Source: an uncultured Gammaproteobacteria bacterium (GTDB lineage Bacteria; Patescibacteriota; Patescibacteriia; SG8-24). Taken from it: 64,000 nucleotides of DNA. Below the pieces are notes generated by a model. That model saw nothing but the letters and a program-made list of their open reading frames with translations. It had not been told where the DNA came from and made no database searches. Both the position numbers and the translations under genes were made by a program. Below are positions 9,562 through 20,089 of this stretch, piece after piece (within the stretch, counting starts at the first letter, position 1; each line of letters starts with the position of its first letter). The stretch lies in contig CAZAOV010000003.1 of the NCBI GenBank assembly GCA_964486995.1, forward strand, positions 686 through 64,685. Reading direction: 5' to 3'.

Positions 9562-10527
9562 ATGGAAGAAAAAGAGCCCAACAAAATTCCCCGCAAGAGA
9601 AAGACTGACGGCAAGAGCGTCATTAAGATGTTGCTTTTGGGTGTGGCAACCGGCGCAGTGGTAGTTCTGGTCGGTGTTGTTGCGTACTTCGGCTTCGGTA
9701 TTTATTGGCTTGAGTGGGAAGGGCCGATTACCCGAACGGCCGTGGATACGATTCCGTATCCGGTCGCCAAGGTTAACGACGTGACCATTAAATATTCTGA
9801 GTACTTGGATGATTACGATACGTTGCGGCGTTTCTTCGACAATCAAATTGCGGAAGGCGTGCCGGAAGATCAGATGCCGACAGATGATGAGATGCGCGAG
9901 AACGCCATGGAGCGGCTGATTTTTTCTGTCGTTCTGGAACAGGAGGCGGCCAAGCGCGGTATCACGGTCACGGACGAGGAGATTGACCAGGAATTTACCC
10001 AGCTGGAGATGCAGTCCGGTGGCAAAGAAGTAATGGAAGCCGAGCTGGAAACTTTGTATGGCTGGAAACCGGCCAAGTTCAAGGAAAAAGTTCTAGAACC
10101 GTATTTGCTGCAGCTTAAGTTAGCCGAGGCCCTGAACGAAGACATGGAACTCAATGCCGAAGCGCTCGAAAAGATCGAAACCATCAAAGCCCAGCTCGAG
10201 TCCGGCGCCGATTTCGAGGAGTTGGCCACTCAGTACAGTGACGACCCTTCGGTGCAGATGAATCGCGGCGATTTGGGTTGGTTTGAGCGCGGGGTGATGG
10301 TTCCGGCGTTCGAGGAGGCGGCTTTCGCGCTGGAGGTGGGCGAAATTAGCGAACCGGTGCTATCGGATTTCGGCTATCATCTGATTAGAGTTGACGACAC
10401 AGAAGAAGAGGACGGTGAGGTCGTTCGCGTGAGCGCCCATCACATTCTAATCAGTACGATGTCTGTCGAGGAATTCATCGAAGCCAAACTGCAAGAGGCG
10501 GACGTGACCAAATACATCAGCGACTAA
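9562..10527 (+). CDS. Peptidyl-prolyl cis-trans isomerase, parvulin (PpiC/PrsA/SurA-like), membrane-anchored
   Basis: RGDLGWFERGVMVPAFEEAAFALEVGEISEPVLSDFGYHLIRV is the rotamase domain. N-terminal TM helix. Confidence 0.8.
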   Translation: MEEKEPNKIPRKRKTDGKSVIKMLLLGVATGAVVVLVGVVAYFGFGIYWLEWEGPITRTAVDTIPYPVAKVNDVTIKYSEYLDDYDTLRRFFDNQIAEGVPEDQMPTDDEMRENAMERLIFSVVLEQEAAKRGITVTDEEIDQEFTQLEMQSGGKEVMEAELETLYGWKPAKFKEKVLEPYLLQLKLAEALNEDMELNAEALEKIETIKAQLESGADFEELATQYSDDPSVQMNRGDLGWFERGVMVPAFEEAAFALEVGEISEPVLSDFGYHLIRVDDTEEEDGEVVRVSAHHILISTMSVEEFIEAKLQEADVTKYISD

Positions 10528-10544
10528 TCAGCAAACAAAATTTA

Positions 10545-10575
10545 AAAGCCCGGCCACGGTCGGGTTTTTTGGTTG
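10545..10575 (+). terminator. Rho-independent terminator
   Basis: gcccggccacggtcggg followed by TTTTTT, immediately after the PPIase stop. Confidence 0.55.
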
Positions 10576-10709
10576 CCGGGGTTATGGCTCTGGGACAGGC
10601 CAAGAGCCTTAACCCCTTTCGGGTGGTTAATTCGTGAGCATTCCACAACAAAAAAGCATAAATATATGTATAATGAGTGTGTGCGATATTGAGAGCGATA
10701 AAGCTAATT

Positions 10710-11858
10710 ATGAATATTTTCTACTTAATCACCCGAGCTGAGCAGGGCGGGGCGCAGACTAAAGTTTTGACGCTCGCCAAGGCTGGTTTGGCACGCGGCC
10801 ACCAGGTGCGGATCGGCACTGGCGAAGGCGGATGGCTAGTGGAGCAGGCCGCGGCGGCCGGGATTCCGACCGTGGTGTTCAAGAATCTCAAGCGCACTTG
10901 GAGTCCGCTGTCTATACGGCCTTTTTTGCGCGAGCTTAAGCAGGAAATAACCGAACGTCCAACTGACGTTCTGCATATGCACAGTTCGAATACGCTGTTC
11001 GCGGCGTATTTGCGTGGTTGTTTGGACGACTTTCGACCAAAAACCATGGCTACGGTTTGCGGTTTGAGCATCATGAATCCGGGCTGGACCGGTAATCCGA
11101 TCAAGAAAGCGCTTTTCAATTTGGTTTCCAAGAAGATGTGGGCGCGATGCGACCACGTTATTTTTGTCTGTCAGTGGGATCGCGATTTCGCGGTGTCGAA
11201 CGGTTATGCGTCCGAGCGTACTTCCAGCGTGGTCTATAATGGCCTGCCGGACGACGTAAGTTATTTTTTGCGTGAAGAGGCGCGTCGTCGGTTGGAAATT
11301 AAAACTGACTGTTCGGAATTTTTGGTCGGCACGGTCGCGCGGCTTGATTATCAGAAAGACGTGGACTTGTTTATCGACATGGCGAACGAACTGCGCGATG
11401 ACGGCATGAAGTTTCGCGTGGTGGGCGCGGGCGAGGATCTAGAGAAGCTGGAGAAAAAAATCAGCGACCTGAACCTGCGCGATATCGTAAGCATAAAAGC
11501 GCAAGCCAAAGACGCGCGCCGCTATATGACCGGTTTCGACGTGTTCGTGCTCACTTCGCGCTATGAGGGTTTTCCGTGGACACTGCTCGAAGCCGAACAG
11601 GCCTGCACGCCCATGGTCAGTATGGACGTGGCCGGCTGTCCGGAGGTGGTTATCGACGGCGAGACCGGTTGGCTGGTTCACGAACGCGACCCGAAAGTTC
11701 TAGCCCGTATGGTGCGCGAGGTACGAGACAATCCGGACCGCGCCGCTCAATATGCGGACAACGCCTATCATCGCGGGCGGCAAATGTTCACGCAAGAAGT
11801 GCTGGTGAACGGCAACTATTCTACCTACGCTAAATTACTCAAAGATGAGAGCGCGTAA
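10710..11858 (+). CDS. Glycosyltransferase family 4
   Basis: SRYEGFPWTLLEAEQACTPMVSMDVAGCPEVV is the GT4 motif. The track ORF starts at 10677; the ATG at 10710 (MNIFYLITRAEQGG) is more likely the true start. Confidence 0.8.
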   Translation: MNIFYLITRAEQGGAQTKVLTLAKAGLARGHQVRIGTGEGGWLVEQAAAAGIPTVVFKNLKRTWSPLSIRPFLRELKQEITERPTDVLHMHSSNTLFAAYLRGCLDDFRPKTMATVCGLSIMNPGWTGNPIKKALFNLVSKKMWARCDHVIFVCQWDRDFAVSNGYASERTSSVVYNGLPDDVSYFLREEARRRLEIKTDCSEFLVGTVARLDYQKDVDLFIDMANELRDDGMKFRVVGAGEDLEKLEKKISDLNLRDIVSIKAQAKDARRYMTGFDVFVLTSRYEGFPWTLLEAEQACTPMVSMDVAGCPEVVIDGETGWLVHERDPKVLARMVREVRDNPDRAAQYADNAYHRGRQMFTQEVLVNGNYSTYAKLLKDESA

Positions 11859-13203
11859 CTTGATTTTATTTTTCGGTGATGTCGTCGCGATGTATGCGGC
11901 CCTGATTTTTGCGCTGGTAATTCGTGGTCGCTGGGATGCGTTGGCCGAGGATGTGCTTACGCACGTGTCGTCGTTCACGGTTTTGTTCTTGGTTTGGCTG
12001 GTGATTCTATACATTAACGATTTTTATTCACGACGACGGTTGCGGGTGGACATGAATTTTGGTCGGTCGTTGTTTAATGCGACATTGGTCAATCTGGGCG
12101 TGGCGGTGATGTTCTTCTATCTGATTGGGCCGTCGCTCGGTATCGCGCCGAAGACCAATTTGTTTTTGGTGGTGGCGTTGTTTGTCGGGTTGTTCCTGCT
12201 TTGGCGCCGCGCCGCGTCGGGCATGATGGTGAGCGACCGCAGTCGAAAGTCGGTGCTGTTTTTGGAGCCGGATCATCTGGGCGAGACGCTCATCAACCAA
12301 ATGGCGACCGACACGGCAGTTCCGTATCGCGCCGAAGGCGTGGTGCGGGCGAGCGGTGACGCGTCCGGCGTGCCGCATACTGTTCCCGTGCATTCTGACG
12401 TACAAAAAACGCACCACATCGCCAACCAGCTCGGGGTGGAGACCGTGGTCATCGGCAACACCTCGTACACCGATTTGCACCGCCAGCTGTATCGTCTCAC
12501 GTTGAACGGTTCGACCGTGGTGGATGCGGCATCGTTTTGGGAGGAGATAAATCGAGAGATTCCGATTTTTGTTATCGATACGCCGTGGTTGGTAAACAAC
12601 TTCGGCGATATGCATAAGCGCGAGTTTGAAATTCTCAAAAGGTTCCGAGACCTGCTCGGTGCGCTTGCTATTGGCGGTGCGTTGTCGGGATTAATTGTCG
12701 TCGTAGCCGTTGCCGTGCGTTTAAGCAGTTCGGGTCCGGTGTTTTTCCGCCAGACTCGCGTGGGCAAGGACGGTCGGCATTTCACTTTGGTGAAGTTCCG
12801 CACCATGCGCGAAGACGCGGAAAAAGACGGGCCGCAGTGGTCGGTCAAAGACGATAACCGCGTGACATCAGTTGGTAAAATTTTGCGGCATACTCATCTG
12901 GACGAGATACCGCAACTTTGGAATATTATCTGCGGCGACATGTCGTTTATCGGTCCACGTCCGGAACGTCCGGTGTTTGTCGAACAGCTTGAAGAGCAGA
13001 TTCCATACTATTCGATTCGTCACTTGGTGCGCCCGGGCGTGTCCGGTTGGGCGCAGATTAATTATCGCTACGGTGCATCGGTGGAGGATTCGGCTCGAAA
13101 ACTGGCATATGACCTCTACTACATCAAACGCCGTAATCATTTGTTGGATATAAAAATTGGACTTAAGACCGCGGCCACGGTTTTCCGCGGTGAAGGCAGA
13201 TAA
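11845..13203 (+). CDS. Polyprenyl-phosphate glycosyl-1-phosphate transferase (WbaP/bacterial sugar transferase family), initiating enzyme
   Basis: FRQTRVGKDGRHFTLVKFRTMREDAEKDGPQWSVKDDNRVTSVGKILRHTHLDEIPQLWNIICGDMSFIGPRPERP is the signature C-terminal domain. N-terminal TM helices. Confidence 0.85.
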   Translation: MRARNLILFFGDVVAMYAALIFALVIRGRWDALAEDVLTHVSSFTVLFLVWLVILYINDFYSRRRLRVDMNFGRSLFNATLVNLGVAVMFFYLIGPSLGIAPKTNLFLVVALFVGLFLLWRRAASGMMVSDRSRKSVLFLEPDHLGETLINQMATDTAVPYRAEGVVRASGDASGVPHTVPVHSDVQKTHHIANQLGVETVVIGNTSYTDLHRQLYRLTLNGSTVVDAASFWEEINREIPIFVIDTPWLVNNFGDMHKREFEILKRFRDLLGALAIGGALSGLIVVVAVAVRLSSSGPVFFRQTRVGKDGRHFTLVKFRTMREDAEKDGPQWSVKDDNRVTSVGKILRHTHLDEIPQLWNIICGDMSFIGPRPERPVFVEQLEEQIPYYSIRHLVRPGVSGWAQINYRYGASVEDSARKLAYDLYYIKRRNHLLDIKIGLKTAATVFRGEGR

Positions 13204-13208
13204 TAACT

Positions 13209-15494
13209 ATGGGAAAAAAACAGCGCAGAAAAAAACGCGCGTTAGTGCAGGCATCGTTCGAGCGCTATCCGTTTTTGTTTAAGCTGATTGGCTGGCTGGC
13301 GGTATTGTCGTTGGCCGTGCCGCTGCTGAAGCGACCGCATGCCTACTTAGCTTCGTACTACACGCAGTTTACGGTGATGCAGATTTTGATTGAAGTGATG
13401 TTTGCGTGCTGGCTGATACTGGCGATTAAAGACCGGCGCTTCCGCCCGGATTGGCGAAGTCCAGCGTTGTGGGGCTTGCTGGCGTTTATCGGCACCATGC
13501 TCTTGGCGCTGCCGTTTGCGGTTGACCCAGCATATTCTTTTTGGTCGCGGCCGACGCGCATGACCGGTGTGATTAACTACCTGCACTATGGAGCGTGGCT
13601 GTTTGTGCTGTTGGCGACCTTCAAAAAACCGGAGCAGTATCGCAAGCTGTTGATTGCAACGTCCATAGTATCCATCGTGATCGGGTTGATAGGTTTCGCG
13701 GATTGGTGGGTCAATCCGGGGAGTACGGTGCAGTCCTATTTGGGTAACCCGTCGTTTTTCGGCGTGTACATGCTGCTTCATGCCCTAATTGGCGTGTATC
13801 TGCTGGCCGGAACCAAGACTGTTAAGTCGCGAATATTACCGGTGGTCACGATTGTCGTTGCGGTGGTATCAGTGTTTCTGTCCGGAAGTCGCGGTGCGGT
13901 TCTGACGCTGTTCGCTTCTGTTGTGATTGGGGCAATTATCTATTTTTTGTATTCAAAGACCTATCGACCAGTCAAAATATCCGTAATAGTTGCGCTTTTG
14001 GTTTTGGCAATTTCCGCCGTTGCCGGATTCGCACTGCTGCGGTCGGACAGCATGCGCGGCTGGGTGGATGAGCATCTGTCCGGTCCCACGCATCGTCTGA
14101 TCACCCGCGATTTCGGCAGTGACCGTTGGGTGCTTTGGAACTACGGTTGGCGAGGCGTGCTGGAGCGACCGTTATTCGGTTGGGGTATGGAACAATACGA
14201 GGTGTCGTTCTATAAGCATTACGATCCGCTCACTGAGGATGTGGAAATAATGAACGAGCAGTATGCGGATCGCGCGCATAATCAATATCTTGACGTGCTG
14301 ATTGCTTCTGGATTCTTCGGTTTGGTCGGTTATCTGGCGTTCTTGTTGTTGTTATTGCATTCAGCCTGGACAGCAGTCAGGAAATCGGAAAACTCTATCG
14401 CGCTGTTAAAAAATTCCGCCCTGTCCGCAGCCGTGCTCGCTTACTGCGGTTACGGACTGATTATGTTTGATACGCCCATGGCAGTGATGGTGTCGTTTTT
14501 GGCCTATGGAGTAATCGCGGCTAATTATCGAAAGGTGTGCGGGCCTGCTGAGCCGGAAGCCGAGCTGATAATATCCAATAATTCTTTAGCGCTGGCCGCA
14601 CCAATTTTGGTCATGATGTTTGTGGTGGTGCTGTTGGTGAATGTCATGCCAGCCGTAAAAATTTGGCAGACAGAGGAGGCCGTGAAACTCACCGACACCA
14701 ATCGCACGGCCGCGCTAGAGCAGTATAAAATCGCAACCACCGGATACAATCCTTATGCGCTTGATTTGCGGTTGCGCCTGCTCACCAAAATAAAAAAATG
14801 GTCAGAGAACGTATCACTGCAATCGTCGCAGTTGCAAAAGTTGGTTGAATATACGGTGCCACTCATGGAAGACGCGGCGACAAAACGATCCTATAACATG
14901 CGTTTCCAGTTGGCGGCGGCCGCGATGTTTAGGATTTTTGGCGACTACAATCCGGCGGCCTACGCCATAGCCGAGGAATATGCGCAGACAGTTATACAGA
15001 CCGCACCCGGCAGGCCTGAGGCATATATCGAGCAGGGTGAAATCGATATTACGCAGAATGATGCTGATTCAGCGATTCTATACCTAATGAAGGCAATAGA
15101 GCGGGTGCCAATCAAAAACAGGCATGTCAGTCGGTATATCTATTTCCGACTCGCGAGCGCATATGCGCTAAAGTGTGACCATCAAGAATCAAAGAAGAAC
15201 TTTGATATTGCGGCTGAATACGGCCATCCGCATCATAAAGACACGCGGTTCTTGCTTGATTTGGATCGCGGCTGTCGGTCGGACCGGGATTTTTCCTGGG
15301 TCGCCGATCATGTCGATCAGTTGCTGGTGGTGTATCCCGACCATCCCCGAGTTCTGCCGGCCGCCGCGCGCATATATATGCTCTCCGAACAGCCAGACAA
15401 AGCCGTGGAGATGGTCGAAAGATTAGATAAGAGAGACCCAGGTTCTGCCAGACAGCTAGCCGAAGAACTCGAATTAATTAACGAGGAGGAATAA
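13209..15494 (+). CDS. O-antigen ligase/polymerase (Wzy_C) domain membrane protein with C-terminal TPR-like repeats (paralog 1 of 4)
   Basis: Multi-TM N-terminal half with SGSRGAVLTLFASV and HNQYLDVLIASGFFGLVGYLAFL (WaaL/Wzy_C-like). C-terminal helical repeats. Lys-rich N-terminus. Confidence 0.7.
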   Translation: MGKKQRRKKRALVQASFERYPFLFKLIGWLAVLSLAVPLLKRPHAYLASYYTQFTVMQILIEVMFACWLILAIKDRRFRPDWRSPALWGLLAFIGTMLLALPFAVDPAYSFWSRPTRMTGVINYLHYGAWLFVLLATFKKPEQYRKLLIATSIVSIVIGLIGFADWWVNPGSTVQSYLGNPSFFGVYMLLHALIGVYLLAGTKTVKSRILPVVTIVVAVVSVFLSGSRGAVLTLFASVVIGAIIYFLYSKTYRPVKISVIVALLVLAISAVAGFALLRSDSMRGWVDEHLSGPTHRLITRDFGSDRWVLWNYGWRGVLERPLFGWGMEQYEVSFYKHYDPLTEDVEIMNEQYADRAHNQYLDVLIASGFFGLVGYLAFLLLLLHSAWTAVRKSENSIALLKNSALSAAVLAYCGYGLIMFDTPMAVMVSFLAYGVIAANYRKVCGPAEPEAELIISNNSLALAAPILVMMFVVVLLVNVMPAVKIWQTEEAVKLTDTNRTAALEQYKIATTGYNPYALDLRLRLLTKIKKWSENVSLQSSQLQKLVEYTVPLMEDAATKRSYNMRFQLAAAAMFRIFGDYNPAAYAIAEEYAQTVIQTAPGRPEAYIEQGEIDITQNDADSAILYLMKAIERVPIKNRHVSRYIYFRLASAYALKCDHQESKKNFDIAAEYGHPHHKDTRFLLDLDRGCRSDRDFSWVADHVDQLLVVYPDHPRVLPAAARIYMLSEQPDKAVEMVERLDKRDPGSARQLAEELELINEEE

Positions 15495-15495
15495 A

Positions 15496-17742
15496 GTGAC
15501 AGCGATGGGAAAGAAGAAACGCAACAAAAAAAACCTGGCTAATCAAGCTGCGACCAAGAAGAACGACGAGCAACCGTCAATGTTGCCGGCGCTGATATTC
15601 TTTTGCGGATTGCTGGCTTTGGTCGCTCCATTGCTGCCGTCTTCAGCGCCGTCCATACCGGTCACTCTGACACAGGCCTCAGTGTTTCAGGCATTGGTCG
15701 CTGTTATGGTCGCCGCGTGGATTCCGTTGGCGATTACTGATAGGCGCTATCGGCCGCATTGGGGACTGCTTACGTTCGCAGTGCTCGGCTACGGCGTCAT
15801 GATTTTGGTGTCGCTGGCGTTTAGTGCCGACGGAGATCTGTCGTTCTGGTCGCAGCTGTGGCGCATGACCGGTGTTTGGAACATGCTGCATTACGTGGCT
15901 TGGTTTGTTGTGTTGGCGTCGGTAATGAAGAGTCACAAGGATTGGCGGATATTTTTGGCGATAAGTTGCGCGTTTGCCTTATATGCCAGCCTGTACGGAT
16001 TAAAGCAATGGCTCGCCAGTCCGATGTCGGCTAGCGTGCGTTCAACGCTCGGCAATCAGTCATTACTGGCGGCGTACGTGTTACCGCATATTTTTATCGC
16101 TTGGTATTTGAATATCGCTAACCGTGCTTGGTCTAAGTATTTTTATTACACGGTGATGGTCGCATGTTCGGCCACGATAATTGTTTCTGCCAGTCGTGGG
16201 GCGGTGTTGGCCTGGGTGATTAGTGTCGCACTCGCCGTAGCGGCGCTCGTCGCTTTATCTAAGTGGCCGAGAAAGCGGCGGTTGGCGTTGGTCAGTCTGA
16301 TAATTACGTTACCGGTTCTGGCTATCGGTGCGGTACTGTTAATGCGCACGCCGGTTGCCAAAGAAGTGGTTACTTCGAACATAAGGGTACCGCGTTTTTT
16401 CAGTCGTGTGGTTTATCGCGATATCGGCGAGGACCGCAAGCTGCTTTGGTCTTACGCTTGGCGCGGATTCACGGAGCGACCCGTGTACGGATGGGGTAAC
16501 GAGATGTACGGCTATTTGTACGACTATTATTTTGACCATACCGGGGAAGATATCGTGATTTTCAATGAGCGCTGGCAAGACCGAGCGCATAATCAGTATC
16601 TGGATATTCTGGTTTCGTACGGTGTCATAGGAATGCTGTCGGTAATTCTGATTTGGTTCGCGGTCGGCAGGAAGCTGTGGCTGGCGTTTCGGGCGACCGA
16701 TGAGCGTACGGAAAAAAAGAGGTTGGCCATGCTGGCGGTATTTAGTGTTTGCTACCTGACTTATGTGCTGACCATTTTTGACACGCCGGCACAGTTAACC
16801 GTAGTTTTTGCGGTACTGGCCTTAATTGCGACTCTTTCTGTTGATGAGAAACATGATGAGCGGCTGACAAAAACAAACACCAGATTGCGTTTGGCAATTC
16901 TAGCTGTCTGCATTCCAATATCGCTGTATGTGATTTGGCTCAACATGGCGCCGGTGGTTCGGGCGGCAGCGGTGCATGAAGGGCTGATTGCCATTCGTTC
17001 AGATCGGCAGGACATGCGCGCGACTTTTTCCGGGGCGTTCAAGTGGCCCAACGCTTACGTTCACGGCATGCGGTACGCGGCCATATTTGAGGTGCAGAAG
17101 TATATGGAGCTTGCACAGTTGAATTCCGCAGATATGCACGATGGTCTTGAGTATCTAGTCGAGCAGGCGGTCGATTCGGCTGAAGATCGGCCGCTGACGT
17201 CAAGATACCTAATTGGTGCCAGTACAGCTCTGCGACTGCTGGCCATGCACGAGCCAGAGAAACTTGATGACGCCGAGATGTACGCGCAGAAAATTATCGA
17301 TTTGATGCCGAACCGGTTTGACGGTTATGCCGAAATGGCCGAGATCAATATTTTGCGAGGCGAATTCCAGGAGGCGATTGCACAGCTCAAGAAAGCCGAA
17401 GAACGCGTTTATGCCAGGCGCAGAGATTTACAATCCAGAATCTACATGCTGATGGCAACCGCGTACGCCGGATTGGGGCAGATTGATCGGGTGGTCGAAT
17501 GCACCCAAAAAGCCGGCGAGTTGGATCAGAACGCGTTCTTCGATTCTCGGTTGGCGATTATTCTGTCAAAGAATATTCAATTCGGTGACAACATCGTCGG
17601 CTTGGACGGATACCTAAACATATTGCAGAGCCGCTATTCGCAGGTTTCGCCGGTTATGCAGGCTGTGGCAAAGATTATTCAGGCTGGCTCCAGCACGTCA
17701 GTCGATGTTGGAACCACATCCTTAGATGAGTCAGCTAACTAA
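15496..17742 (+). CDS. O-antigen ligase (Wzy_C)-TPR membrane protein (paralog 2 of 4)
   Basis: Aligns along its length with paralog 1 (SASRGAVLAWVISV; HNQYLDILVSYGVIGMLSVILIW). GGAGGA RBS 5 nt before GTG(15496). ATG at 15505 is an alternative start. Confidence 0.7.
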   Translation: MTAMGKKKRNKKNLANQAATKKNDEQPSMLPALIFFCGLLALVAPLLPSSAPSIPVTLTQASVFQALVAVMVAAWIPLAITDRRYRPHWGLLTFAVLGYGVMILVSLAFSADGDLSFWSQLWRMTGVWNMLHYVAWFVVLASVMKSHKDWRIFLAISCAFALYASLYGLKQWLASPMSASVRSTLGNQSLLAAYVLPHIFIAWYLNIANRAWSKYFYYTVMVACSATIIVSASRGAVLAWVISVALAVAALVALSKWPRKRRLALVSLIITLPVLAIGAVLLMRTPVAKEVVTSNIRVPRFFSRVVYRDIGEDRKLLWSYAWRGFTERPVYGWGNEMYGYLYDYYFDHTGEDIVIFNERWQDRAHNQYLDILVSYGVIGMLSVILIWFAVGRKLWLAFRATDERTEKKRLAMLAVFSVCYLTYVLTIFDTPAQLTVVFAVLALIATLSVDEKHDERLTKTNTRLRLAILAVCIPISLYVIWLNMAPVVRAAAVHEGLIAIRSDRQDMRATFSGAFKWPNAYVHGMRYAAIFEVQKYMELAQLNSADMHDGLEYLVEQAVDSAEDRPLTSRYLIGASTALRLLAMHEPEKLDDAEMYAQKIIDLMPNRFDGYAEMAEINILRGEFQEAIAQLKKAEERVYARRRDLQSRIYMLMATAYAGLGQIDRVVECTQKAGELDQNAFFDSRLAIILSKNIQFGDNIVGLDGYLNILQSRYSQVSPVMQAVAKIIQAGSSTSVDVGTTSLDESAN

Positions 17743-17748
17743 ATAAAT

Positions 17749-20043
17749 ATGAGCAAGAAGAAACGACGACAAAAAGCAGTGTCGAATAAGCATTGGCTGT
17801 CGTGGCTGATTTACATTTGCGCATTGCTCGCTGTAGCCACGCCCCTGCTGTCGCCGTACTGGCCGCTGATTAATTACACCCAGATTAAAACTTTCACTTT
17901 TCAGGCACTGGTCGAGATAATGTTCGTGGCTTGGGTCGTCTTGGCGGTGGCGGACAAGCGCTATCGTCCACGCCGGAACGCCTTGTCAATAACGTTGCTG
18001 CTGTTTATGGGCGCGGTGCTCGCTTCCTTACCTTTCAGCATTGATTCATCGCTGTCGTTTTGGCATATCAGCAATCGCATGACCGGAGTGGTGACTTTGC
18101 TGCATATGGCAGCTTGGTTTTTTGTTCTAGCAAATTCGCTGCATCACCGTGACGAATGGATTAAGCTGTTTAAGATAAGCGGGCTGATTTGTTACGCCAT
18201 CTTAGCGGTTGATTTGGTGGTCTGGTCGGGCAATACGCAAACTTCGGCCATGAAAAAAATATTTGGCAACTCGTTCTACATGATTTCCTATGTCATGCCG
18301 CACGTGTTTCTTGGTCTATATCTGTGGCTACGAGAAAAAACCCATAAAAAATATTTTTGGCTTTCCTTGTCTGTGGTGGCGTCGGTGGCGATTGTATTGA
18401 CGGGAAGCCGTTCTGGAATTCTGGCGTTGATAATTTCGGTGTTCATAGCCGTGCTATGCCTGACGTTGATTTCAGACAAAAGCCGGGGGAAGCGAGCGCT
18501 GATAGTGGTCTTGAGTACGGTCCTTACGCTAGCCGCGGTCGGAGGTTTTTTTGGCTTGCGCACAGAAGCCGGTCGAAATTGGGTTGCTGAAGCCAGTTAT
18601 GTCCCAGGCGCATTTCATCGCATGGCTCACCGAGATTTTGGCGGCGATCGGCTGGCGTTATGGAATATGGCGCTCAAAGGTATAGCCGAACGACCGATTT
18701 TCGGTTGGGGCAATCTGCAGTTCCTGCACGTATCTTCGAAGTATCTGGATATCGACAGCAGTGCCCTAGAGGTACTGAACGAAAGCTGGCAGGACTCCTC
18801 GCACAATCAGTATTTGGATCATTTGATGCATTACGGTGTAGTTGGTTTTACGGCGTATTTGGCGATGTGGATTGGTGTGCTGGTGTTGTTGATCCGCACG
18901 TATCGTCGTGCGGAATCGCTGAACGACAAGCGCAGCTTGCTGTTGGTCGGGGTACTGTTCGTTAATTATCTTATATATACGGTGTTTATTTTTGATACAC
19001 CACAGATGCTGATGCTGATGTTTATGATGTTTGCTTGGCTGGTGTTTATGCGAACTGGGCAGCTCCAGACCGAAGATCAGGATATTCTGGTCGGTAATCC
19101 CTCGGTAACGCTGTTCATGGTTTTGTTGATACCCATGTTGATGTTCTGCTGGTTTGCTAACGGCCAGCATTACGTCGCACAAAAACATTGGATTGCCGGA
19201 GCCGCTGCGGTAAGCGGCGGCAACTGGACTAAAGCGGCGGATGAATTTGGTCAGGCATATGGAAATACATCCAATCCGTACATATACGAGCTGCGCACTT
19301 TTGCTATGGAGCCGACCAGGAATTCCGTCGATTATTATTTTTCTGGCGGTCAGGAGAACGAAGAGGGGATTGACCTGTATCTGAAGACAATGGCTGATGC
19401 CACGACCGCCAATGTGGATGATCATCCGACTAACCCCAAAGCACTCTTCTTGGCTGGGCAGACACATCGGTATTTATACAAAGTAGACGATGCCGCCTGG
19501 CAGCAATCATATGATTACGTTCAGCGGTATCTGGAGATGGCGCCTGATAGATTTGACGCACACCTGCAGATGGCCGAGCTGAATGCCTTACGCGGCAATT
19601 ATGAAGAGGCCCACAAATGGTTCGATTCCGCTTACGAGCGACATTTTCGACTTTCAAGGCAATACGGCGGATTCATTCTGTATCGAAAAGCCTGCATCTA
19701 CGCTCGTCAGCGAAATTTTTCCGCGTTGGCCGAGACTATCTCGAAAAGCGCCAAGGTTTTTCCTGGCCATAAAGATGCGCGCTTAATTCTGATAATGGGA
19801 GAGGTGGTGCAAGAAGGTGATAACTTGAGCGGTTTTGAACCGTTCCTTGATCTTGCCATGACTCATTTTCAGCATGATGTAGAAGTGTTGACCGCTGGTG
19901 CGCGGCTGTATCATGTGCTGGGTCATAACGACATGGTTAGTCAGGTTCTCGAAGTTCCGGCCATGGTGGAATGGGGCAATTCCGAGGAAGGACGGGGACA
20001 ATATGATGCCCTAAAGAGAGAATTGGGCTACATTGAGTGGTAA
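17749..20043 (+). CDS. O-antigen ligase (Wzy_C)-TPR membrane protein (paralog 3 of 4)
   Basis: TGSRSGILALIISV; HNQYLDHLMHYGVVGFTAYLAMW; C-terminal RFDAHLQMAELNALRGNYEEAHKWF TPR-like repeat. Confidence 0.7.
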   Translation: MSKKKRRQKAVSNKHWLSWLIYICALLAVATPLLSPYWPLINYTQIKTFTFQALVEIMFVAWVVLAVADKRYRPRRNALSITLLLFMGAVLASLPFSIDSSLSFWHISNRMTGVVTLLHMAAWFFVLANSLHHRDEWIKLFKISGLICYAILAVDLVVWSGNTQTSAMKKIFGNSFYMISYVMPHVFLGLYLWLREKTHKKYFWLSLSVVASVAIVLTGSRSGILALIISVFIAVLCLTLISDKSRGKRALIVVLSTVLTLAAVGGFFGLRTEAGRNWVAEASYVPGAFHRMAHRDFGGDRLALWNMALKGIAERPIFGWGNLQFLHVSSKYLDIDSSALEVLNESWQDSSHNQYLDHLMHYGVVGFTAYLAMWIGVLVLLIRTYRRAESLNDKRSLLLVGVLFVNYLIYTVFIFDTPQMLMLMFMMFAWLVFMRTGQLQTEDQDILVGNPSVTLFMVLLIPMLMFCWFANGQHYVAQKHWIAGAAAVSGGNWTKAADEFGQAYGNTSNPYIYELRTFAMEPTRNSVDYYFSGGQENEEGIDLYLKTMADATTANVDDHPTNPKALFLAGQTHRYLYKVDDAAWQQSYDYVQRYLEMAPDRFDAHLQMAELNALRGNYEEAHKWFDSAYERHFRLSRQYGGFILYRKACIYARQRNFSALAETISKSAKVFPGHKDARLILIMGEVVQEGDNLSGFEPFLDLAMTHFQHDVEVLTAGARLYHVLGHNDMVSQVLEVPAMVEWGNSEEGRGQYDALKRELGYIEW

Positions 20044-20089
20044 GAATAACTTGTTGATGACATGCCGAAGTTATGCCGAAGCGTGTTAA